Positions 41,201-50,930 of a stretch of 64,000 nucleotides of DNA are shown in pieces. The notes below the pieces were generated by a model. It ran no database searches, had not been told where the DNA came from, and was given only the letters and a program-made list of their open reading frames with translations. Both the position numbers and the translations under genes were made by a program. Position 1 is the first letter of the stretch, and each line of letters starts with the position of its first letter. Origin of the DNA: Bugula neritina (lineage: Eukaryota; Animalia; Bryozoa); the NCBI GenBank assembly GCA_964035545.1, contig OZ037766.1, positions 18,625,081-18,689,080 on the forward strand, written 5' to 3'.

Positions 41201-44200
41201 TGTAGTATATTTCAGTATCTTGCAGTATATCTCAGAATGTTACAGTATATTTCAGTATGTTGCAGTATATTTCAGCGTGTTTGAGTATATTTCAGTATGA
41301 CACAGTGCATTTCCAGATATTACGCTATACTTCAGTGAGTTTTAGTGTCTTTCAGTATGTTGCAGTATATTTCGGTATTTTGCAACATATTTCAATATGT
41401 TGCAATGTATTTCAATATGTTACAGTGTATTTCAGTATGTTGCAGTATGTTGCATGGTATTTCAGTATGTTACAGTGTATTTCAGTAGGTTTCAGTATCT
41501 TGCAGTATATTTCAGCATGTTGCAGTATATTTCAGGATGTTGCAGTATATTTCAGTATGTTACAGTGTTTTGCAGTATTTTGCAGTATATTTCAGTGTGT
41601 TACAGTATATTTCATTATGTTGCAGTATGTTGCAGTATATTTCAGTAGTTTGCAACATATTTCAGTAGGTTACCATATATTTCGGTATGTTGCAGCATAT
41701 TTCAATGTGTTGCAGTGTATTTCAATATGTTACAGTGTATTTCAGTATGTTGCTGTATGTTGCAGTGTATTTCTGTATGTTACGGTGTAGTTCAGTATGT
41801 TGCAGTATATTTCAGTATGTTACAGTATGTTTCAGTATGTTGCACTATATTTCTGTGGGTTATAGTATATTCAAGTATGATACAGCAAATTTCAGTATGT
41901 TACAGTGTATTTCAGTATGTTGCAGTATTTTGCAACGCATTTCAGTATGTTACAGTGTATTTCAGTATGTTGCAGTATATTTCAGTATTTTACAATAAAT
42001 TTCAGTATATTACAGTACATTTCCGTAAATTACGCTATACTTCAGTGAGTTGTAGTATATTTCAGTATCATGCAGTATATCTCAGTATGTTACAGTATAT
42101 TTCAGTATGTTACAGTATGTTTCAGTGTGTTACAGTATGTTGCAGTATATTTCAGTAGTTTGCAACATATTTCAGTAGGTTACCATATATTTCGGTATGT
42201 TGCAGCATATTTCAATGTGTTGCAGTGTATTTCAATATGTTACAGTGTATTTCAGTATGTTGCAGTATGTTGCAGTATGATGCAGCATGTTGCAGTGTAT
42301 TTCTTTATGTTACAGTGTAATTCGGAATGTTGCAGTATATTTCAGTATGTTACAGTATGTTTCAGTATGTTGCAGTAATTGTTCAGTGGGTTATAGTATA
42401 TTTCAGTATGATACAGCGTATTTCAGTATGTTACAGTGTATTTCAGTATGTTGCAGTATTTTGCAATATATTTCAGTATGTTACAGCGTATTTCAGTATG
42501 TTACAGTATATTTCCGTAAATTACACTATACTTCAGTGAGTTGTAGTACATTTCAGTATCTTGCAGTATATCTCAGTATGTTACTGTATATTTCAGTATG
42601 TTACAGTATATTTCAGTGTGTTACAGTAAATTTCAGTATGTTACAGTGCATTTGCAGATATTACACTATACTTTAGTGAGTTTTAGTGTCTTTCAGTATG
42701 TTGCAGTATATTTCAGTATGTTGCAGTATTTTGCAATATATATCAGTATGTTACAGTGTATTTCAGTATGTTGCAGTATATTTCAGTATGTTACAGTATA
42801 TTTCAGTATGTTACAGTATATTTCAGTTTGTTACAGTAAATTTCAGTATGTTACAGTGCATTTGCAGATATTACACTATACTTCAGTGAGTTTTAGTGTC
42901 TTTCAGTATGTTGCAGTATATTTCGGTATCTTGCAACTTATTTCAATGTGTTGCAATGTAATTCAATATGTTACAGTGTATTTCAGTATGTTACAGTGTA
43001 TTTCAGTATGTTGCAGTATTTTGCAATATATATCAGTATGTTACAGTGTATTTCAGTATGTTGCAGTATATTTCAGTATGTTACAATAAATTTCAGTATG
43101 TTACAGTATATTTCCGTAAATTACACTATACTTCAGTGAGTTGTAGTATATTTCAGTATCTTGCAGTATATCTCAGTATGTTACAGTATATTTCAGTATG
43201 TTACAGTATATTTCAGTTTGTTACAGTAAATTTCAGTATGTTACAGTGCATTTGCAGATATTACACTATACTTCAGTGAGTTTTAGTGTCTTTCATTATG
43301 TTGCAGTATATTTCAGTATGTTGCAGTATTTTGCAATACATTTTATTATGTTACAGTGTATTTCAGTATGTTGCAGTATATTTCAGTTTGATACAATAAA
43401 TTTCAGTATGTTACAGTACATTTCCGTAAATTACACTATACTTCAGTGAGTTGTAGTATATTTCAGTATCTTGCAGTATATCTCAGTATGTTACAGTATA
43501 TTTCAGTATGTTGCAGTATATTTCAGCGTGTTTGAGTATATTTCAGTATGACACAGTGCATTTCCAGATATTACGCTATACTTCAGTGAGTTTTAGTCTC
43601 TTTCAGTAGGTTGCAGTATATTTCGGTATTTTGCAACATATTTCAATATGTTGCAATGTATTTCAATATGTTACAGTGTATTTCAGTATGTTGCAGTATG
43701 TTGCAATGTATTTCAGTATGTTACAGTGTATTTCAGTAGGTTTCAGTATCTTGCAGTATATTTCAGCATGTTGCAGTATATTTCAGGATGTTACAGTGTT
43801 TTGCAGTATTTTGCAGTATATTTCAGTGTGTTAAAGTATATTTCATTATGTTGCAGTATGTTGCAGTATATTTCAGTAGTTTGCAACATATTTCAGTAGG
43901 TTACCATATATTTCGGTATGTTGCAGCATATTTCAAGGTGTTGCAGTGTATTTCAATATGTTACAGTGTATTTCAGTATGTTGCAGTATGTTCCATTATG
44001 CTGCAGTGTATTTCTGTATGTTACAGTGTAATTCAGAATGTTGCAGTATATTTCAGTATGTTACAGTATGTTTCAGTATGTTGCAGTATATTTCAGTGGG
44101 TTATAGTATATTTCAGTATGATACAGCGTATTTCAGTATGTTACAGTGTATTTCAGTATGTTGCAGTATTTTGCAATATATTTCAGTATGTTACAGCGTA

Positions 44201-44362
44201 TTTCAGTATGTTGCAGTATATTTCAGTATGTTACAATAAATTTCAGTATGTTACAGTACATTGCCGTAAATTACACTATACTTCAGTGAGTTGTAGTATA
44301 TTTCAGTATCTTGCAGTATATCTCAGTATGTTACTGTATATTTCAGTATGTTACAGTATATT

Positions 44363-44537
44363 CACAGTTGGTTTAAGGTCATACTTTTCATTTTCTGGCT
44401 CTTTGCCAGGTGCTTTATGTTCTATATGAACAATGTTCCACTGATAGCTCGAACAGGTTGAATGTCACAGGAACAAAAAAAATATGAAAAGATAAAGAAA
44501 TTTATGTTCTCCAATATACTTTTTTATTTTTTTCAAA
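44363..44537 (+). repeat. Left terminal/subterminal inverted repeat of the DNA transposon
   Basis: 20-bp TIR plus collinear blocks TGCTTTATGTT (44411), GATAGCTCGAACAG (44443), ATGAAAAGATA (44484) and ATATACTTTTTTA (44514), mirrored at the right end. Confidence 0.88.
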
Positions 44538-44928
44538 AGCCAATTCATGTTTAAGTTATAGCTTGTTGAAAAACATAGTCCCCCTTCCACATTCTTTTCA
44601 ATTTATACGCTCCTGACTTGTTATTGTGTCTCAATATGCCTTGTATTTGAGTGCTTGTTAGTCTCGCTTCACTAACTTTGCCTATACTTCACAAGTGCCA
44701 GTGCTGCTGGCTCAAAAGCTAAATGTTATAAACTGTCAGCTAAAACCGAATCTTGTATTCCTAGGTTGGTTGGCCTAAATACAACAATAGTCAAATCATG
44801 ATTTCATGTTTTAAAAATTTACTCTATTCTAACCTGCTGCCTAGCTAGTTCTATTTTTGATGTATAATTACAAAATTTGTGATACATTTTTTTGGCAACC
44901 ATGTGATTTATAAAATGCAGTAATGGTA

Positions 44929-44975
44929 CTTATAATATTATATTATTATCATTATAATATATTATATAGTATTAT
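44929..44975. repeat. AT-rich low-complexity tract inside the transposon
   Basis: tataatattatattattatcattataatatattatatagtattat. Confidence 0.7.
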
Positions 44976-45944
44976 GTGTGTTTTTATTATACTGCATAAT
45001 ATCTATTTTATTATTGTTGTTGTGCAAACAAGTGCAATTAACCTAGTTTTCAAAATGTACCTCTAAATTATCAGAATATCAGTTTAGATATTTTCATGCT
45101 TTGTAAGGTAAACCTAAAAAAAGAGGCTGTATTCCCAAAGTAAAGGGTGTTGAACTATGAACTATATTAGATTAGCCACTCTGCTACCAAGTGCGTCAGT
45201 ATAATATTATATGAATAGCTCTGATGCTTTGTCTCCGGTGGCTGGCTGCGATATGATAACTTGGCCAACTTCCAAGAGTTTAAAATTGGCGCAATTATTC
45301 AAGAGGTTACATACTGCACAGAGCTAGCAGTGATAGTAACCTTGCTATTGGCAGTACTTATTACAACTGCCAGCATATAAGCTGCATTGTAGAATGCCGT
45401 TGGGGTAGGCTATTAAAACCAAATTCTGCTCTCTAATATACCTTAGACACAATGCAGCAACATAATTGTTCATTTCAAATTACATTGCCACCCTTACATG
45501 AGCTGTGGGCTTCATAAAGATTCATATGATTAGAGATTTATGCTATAAGCTAGCTATGATGAAAATAACACACCATTGTCAAAGTTAACTTCAAGTATGT
45601 TGTTTTCCAGAAACTAAGTAATGTCCATTTATCTCTCGCATACAAATACTTATGTAATAGCATACAGTTTAGGTTTTATTTTAGAGCACATCTGCAAACT
45701 CTACAATAAGAGCTTGCTTTACCAGTCTATTTCAGACCTGTTTTTGTAGCTAGTAATACGCAAGCTACTTATTTTTAAACTTTTGGGTTATTTGTTCAAA
45801 ACCATTAGCTTTGCTAGTAACCGAGACTATTGCAACAGTTGACTGCTATCAACATGAATTGACAGCCTAATAATTATAACCCGTTTGCGCGCGAAATATT
45901 TATGTAATGATAGTCACTCATATAGTGCGTGTCTCATTAATGAT

Positions 45945-46025
45945 GACTGCGTGGTCCAGAGGTTAGAGGCGTCAGTGACGAGTTGGTTGGTCATGGTTCA
46001 ACCCTGTTAAGTTGCAATTTTTTTT
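45945..46025 (+). pseudogene. Degenerate tRNA-derived sequence (SINE head / tRNA pseudogene) with Pol III A box, B box and oligo-T terminator, inside the transposon
   Basis: A-box-like TGGTCCAGAGG at 45952-45962 followed by TTAGAGGCG; B-box-like GGTTCAACCC at 45995-46004 at tRNA-like spacing; T8 run at 46018-46025. The stems pair poorly, so it is not a functional tRNA. Confidence 0.6.
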
Positions 46026-46762
46026 GTCAACTTATGCAAATCCTACGAATGTATAATAAATATGGCTATAAGTGTAAAGTTTTTTTTTTAACTTTTGTTC
46101 AACAGTAAGACAACATACATGCATAATAATTAGATACTGAACGCTGGACTAAACCTTAAATTGATCTTATAGAATACAATGTACTTAAAATAATCATATG
46201 TGAATTAGAGAAACTGAAAGTACACCTGCTGCGCTATAGACAGACCTTTACTGACAAGACTGCAAAGTGAAGTGATTTAGCTGAAATTAACTCTGCCAAA
46301 CAAACAAAGAATTATGTTGTGCTGAGGCATTTTCAATATATTATTATTGTAACATAGTAAGATGATTCAGCTAAGTGCTAATGTAAAACAGGGAACATTA
46401 TCTTGGCAGAAATCCAATAGATTGCCAATTTGTGCGAGAGGGTACTATATGTTATTGTGATAGCGCAGAGCGGCAAACGTACTAGGAATGTTATAATTAG
46501 TCACAGGAGCGTAGCTAGAACCACCATATGAAGAATTTAGAAAATTGCAGTGAAACTTGCAAAATGGTGTATGTTTTTACCAAATTGTGAAGAGCATAAA
46601 CAGAATTTCAAAAAACAAAGAAAGTATATTAGAGAAAACATATCAAGGAATGTCAAGTTTAACTTTTAGACTTTATAAAATGAATCCCCTGTGCTACAGC
46701 AGTGGAACATGGAGGGTGTAAAATTTTACTTATTATGCAACAACTTTCTCAGAAATTTTTTT

Positions 46763-46928
46763 ATTGAAAAATTAAAAAAGTATATGAAAGAGGAATGCAA
46801 GAGCTATCTTTTCATGTAAAATTTGTTAATGTGAGACAAAAACTGTTTGAGCTATCCCCTGGAAACCGTTTGTATATAACATAAAGCAGTGCTTGAATCT
46901 GGAAAGTAATGACCTTAAACTAACTGTG
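46763..46928 (-). repeat. Right terminal/subterminal inverted repeat of the DNA transposon
   Basis: Reverse-complement blocks: aacataaagca ending 46888, ctgtttgagctatc ending 46856, tatcttttcat ending 46815, taaaaaagtatat 46773-46785; TIR atgaccttaaactaactgtg ending 46928. Confidence 0.88.
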
Positions 46929-49900
46929 TTTCAGTGTGTTACAGTAAATTTCAGTATGTTACAGTGCATTTGCAGATATTACACTATACTTTAGTGAGTT
47001 TTAGTGTCTTTCAGTATGTTGCAGTATATTTCAGTATGTTGCAGTATTTTGCAATATATATCAGTATGTTACAGTGTATTTCAGTATGTTGCAGTATATT
47101 TCAGTATGTTACAATAAATTTCAGTATGTTACAGTATATTTCCGTAAATTACTCTATACTTCAGTGAGTTGTAGTATATTTCAGTATCTTGCAGTATATC
47201 TCAGTATGTTAGAGTATATTTCAGTATATTACAGTATATTTCAGTTTGTTACAGTAAATTTCAGTATGTTACAGTGCATTTGCAGATATTACACTATACT
47301 TCAGTGAGTTTTAGTGTCTTTCAGTATGTTGCAGTATATTTCGGTATCTTGCAACTTATTTCAATGTGTTTCAATGTAATTCAAGATGTTACAGTGTATT
47401 TCAGTATGTTACAGTGTATTTCAGTATGTTGCAGTATTTTGCAATATATATCAGTATGTTACAGTGTATTTCAGTATGTTGCAGTATATTTCAGTATGTT
47501 ACAATAAATTTCAGTATGTTACAGTATATTTCCGTAAATTACACTATACTTCAGTGAGTTGTAGTATATTTCAGTATTTTGCAGTTTATCTCAGTATGTT
47601 ACAGTGTATTTCAGTATGTTACAGTATATTTCAGTTTGTTACAGTAAATTTCAGTATGTTACAGTGCATTTGCAGATATTACACTATACTTCAGTGAGTT
47701 TTAGTGTCTTTCATTATGTTGCAGTATATTTCAGTATTTTGCAGTATTTTGCAATACATTTTATTATGTTACAGTGTATTTCAGTATGTTGCAGTATATT
47801 TCAGTTTGATACAATAAATTTCAGTATGTTACAGTACATTTCCGTAAATTACACTATACTTCAGTGAGTTGTAGTATATTTCAGTATCTTGCAGTATATC
47901 TCGGTATGTTACAGTATATTTCAGTATGTTGCAGTATATTTCAGCGTGTTTGAGTATATTTCAGTATGACACAGTGCATTTCCAGATATTACGCTATACT
48001 TCAGTTAGTTTTAGTCTCTTTCAGTATGTTGCAGTATATTTCGGTATTTTGCAACATATTTCAATATGTTGCAATGTATTTCAATATGTTACAGTGTATT
48101 TCAGTATGTTGCAGTATGTTGCAATGTATTTCAGTATGTTACAGTGTAATTCAGTAGGTTTCAGTATCTTGCAGTATATTTCAGCATGTTGCAGTATATT
48201 TCAGCATGTTGCAGTATATTTCAGGATGTTACAGTGTTTTGCAGTATTTTGCAGTATATTTCAGTGTGTTAAAGTATATTCCATTATGTTGCAGTATGTT
48301 GCAGTATATTTCAGTAGTTTGCAACATATTTCAGTAGGTTACCATATATTTCGGTATGTTGCAGCATATTTCAAGGTGTTGCAGTGTATTTCAATATGTT
48401 ACAGTGTATTTCAGTATGTTGCAGTATGTTCCATTATGCTGCAGTGTATTTCTGTATGTTACAGTGTAATTCAGAATGTTGCAGTATATTTCAGTATGTT
48501 ACAGTATGTTTCAGTATTTTGCAGTATATTTCAGTGGGTTATAGTATATTTCAGTATGATACAGCGTATTTCAATATGTTACAGTGTATTTCAGTATGTT
48601 GCAGTATTTTGCAATATATTTCAGTATGTTACAGCGTATTTCAGTATGTTGCAGTATATTTCAGTATGTTACAATAAATTTCAGTATGTTACAGTACATT
48701 GCCGTAAATTACACTATACTTCAGTGAGTTGTAGTATATTTCAGTATCTTGCAGTATATCTCAGTATGTTACTGTATATTTCAGTATGTTACAGTATATT
48801 TCAGTGTGTTACAGTAAATTTCAGTATGTTACAGTGCATTTGCAGATATTACACTATACTTTAGTGAGTTTTAGTGTCTTTCAGTATGTTGCAGTTTATT
48901 TCAGTATGTTGCAGTATTTTGCAATATATATCAGTATGTTACAGTGTATTTCAGTATGTTGCAGTATATTTCAGTATGTTACAATAAATTTCAGTATGTT
49001 ACAGTATATTTCCGTAAATTACTCTATACTTCAGTGAGTTGTAGTATATTTCAGTATCTTGCAGTATATCTCAGTATGTTAGAGTATATTTCAGTATGTT
49101 ACAGTATATTTCAGTTTGTTACAGTAAATTTCAGTATGTTACAGTGCATTTGCAGATATTACACTATACTTCAGTGAGTTTTAGTGTCTTTCAGTATGTT
49201 GCAGTATATTTCGGTATCTTGCAACTTATTTCAATGTGTTTCAATGTAATTCAAGATGTTACAGTGTATTTCAGTATGTTACAGTGTATTTCAGTATGTT
49301 GCAGTATTTTGCAATATATATCAGTATGTTACAGTGTATTTCAGTATGTTGCAGTATATTTCAGTATGTTACAATAAATTTCAGTATGTTACAGTATATT
49401 TCCGTAAATTACACTATACTTCAGTGAGTTGTAGTATATTTCAGTATTTTGCAGTTTATCTCAGTATGTTACAGTGTATTTCAGTATGTTACAGTATATT
49501 TCAGTTTGTTACAGTAAATTTCAGTATGTTACAGTGCATTTGCAGATATTACACTATACTTCAGTGAGTTTTAGTGTCTTTCATTATGTTGCAGTATATT
49601 TCAGTATTTTGCAGTATTTTGCAATACATTTTATTATGTTACAGTGTATTTCAGTATGTTGCAGTATATTTCAGTTTGATACAATAAATTTCAGTATGTT
49701 ACAGTACATTTCCGTAAATTACACTATACTTCAGTGAGTTGTAGTATATTTCAGTATCTTGCAGTATATCTCGGTATGTTACAGTATATTTCAGTATGTT
49801 GCAGTATATTTCAGCGTGTTTGAGTATATTTCAGTATGACACAGTGCATTTCCAGATATTACGCTATACTTCAGTTAGTTTTAGTCTCTTTCAGTATGTT

Positions 49901-50930
49901 GCAGTATATTTCGGTATTTTGCAACATATTTCAATATGTTGCAATGTATTTCAATATGTTACAGTGTATTTCAGTATGTTGCAGTATGTTGCAATGTATT
50001 TCAGTATGTTACAGTGTAATTCAGTAGGTTTCAGTATCTTGCAGTATATTTCAGCATGTTGCAGTATATTTCAGGATGTTGCAGTATATTTCAGTATGTT
50101 ACAGTGTTTTGCAGTATTTTGCAGTATATTTCAGTGTGTTAAAGTATATTTCATTATGTTGCAGTATGTTGCAGTATATTTCAGTAGTTTGCAACATATT
50201 TCAGTAGGTTACCATATATTTCGGTATGTTGCAGCATATTTCAAGGTGTTGCAGTGTATTTCAATATGTTACAGTGTATTTCAGTATGTTGCAGTATGTT
50301 CCATTATGCTGCAGTGTATTTCTGTATGTTACAGTGTAATTCAGAATGTTGCAGTATATTTCAGTATGTTACAGTATGTTTCAGTATGTTGCAGTATATT
50401 TCAGTGGGTTATAGTATATTTCAGTATGATACAGCGTATTTCAGTATGTTACAGTGTATTTCAGTATGTTGCAGTATTTTGCAATATATTTCAGTATGTT
50501 ACAGCGTATTTCAGTATGTTGCAGTATATTTCAGTATGTTACAATAAATTTCAGTATGTTACAGTACATTGCCGTAAATTACACTATACTTCAGTGAGTT
50601 GTAGTATATTTCAGTATCTTGCAGTATATCTCAGTATGTTACTGTATATTTCAGTATGTTACAGTATATTTCAGTGTGTTACAGTAAATTTCAGTATGTT
50701 ACAGTGCATTTGCAGATATTACACTATACTTTAGTGAGTTTTAGTGACTTTCAGTATGTTGCAGTATATTTCAGTATGTTGCAGTATTTTGCAATATATA
50801 TCAGTATGTTACAGTGTATTTCAGTATGTTGCAGTATATTTCAGTATGTTACAATAAATTTCAGTATGTTACAGCATATTTCCGTAAATTACTCTATACT
50901 TCAGTGAGTTGTAGTATATTTCAGTATCTT
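46929..50930. repeat. Higher-order tandem duplication, period 1870 bp
   Basis: ORF pairs 47074/48944, 47926/49796, 48786/50656. Markers agagtatatt 47211/49081, gcagtttatc 47581/49451, tcagttagtt 48001/49871. Boundaries are approximate. Confidence 0.87.

Larger units (their letters stand above)
1..44362. repeat. Satellite DNA array, left segment; 10-bp monomer / 20-bp dimer with higher-order structure; continues off the left edge of the window
   Basis: Nearly every printed 10-mer is a variant of T(T/A/G)CAGT(A/G)T(G/A)T, e.g. ttcagtatgt, tgcagtatat, tacagtgtat. The phase is constant from 1 to about 42377, followed by a single +1 shift. Confidence 0.99.
44363..46928. mobile_element. Non-autonomous cut-and-paste DNA transposon (2566 bp), probably CMC superfamily (EnSpm/CACTA- or Mirage-like)
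   Basis: The left end CACAGTTGGTTTAAGGTCAT matches the reverse complement of the right end CACAGTTAGTTTAAGGTCAT at 19/20. The empty site elsewhere in the array is cagtata-TTT-cagtgtg; here the flanks are ...cagtataTT | element | TTTcagtgtg, so 2 bp (TT) are duplicated. The array phase shift of 8 mod 10 equals 2566+2. No internal ORF appears in the track. The superfamily is inferred from the CAC termini plus the 2-bp TSD. Confidence 0.9.

Noticed and set aside
1-44362. CRISPR array or diversity cassette
   Set aside because: There are no unique spacers; all intervening sequence is the same 10-mer family. No cas genes are present and the context is eukaryotic (LINE, TIR element).
44363-44390. 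RSS heptamer-like end (CACAGTT vs CACAGTG) suggesting a Transib/RAG-like transposon
   Set aside because: The TSD is 2 bp, not 5 bp; there is no ACAAAAACC-like nonamer at 12/23 spacing; no RAG1-like coding sequence is present.
43788-44429. ORF with a unique C-terminus (TVGLRSYFSFSGSLPGALCSI)
   Set aside because: It is read-through from the satellite into the transposon's left TIR.
45945-46017. Functional tRNA gene
   Set aside because: Acceptor, anticodon and T stems pair poorly and no anticodon can be assigned; kept only as a tRNA-derived sequence.
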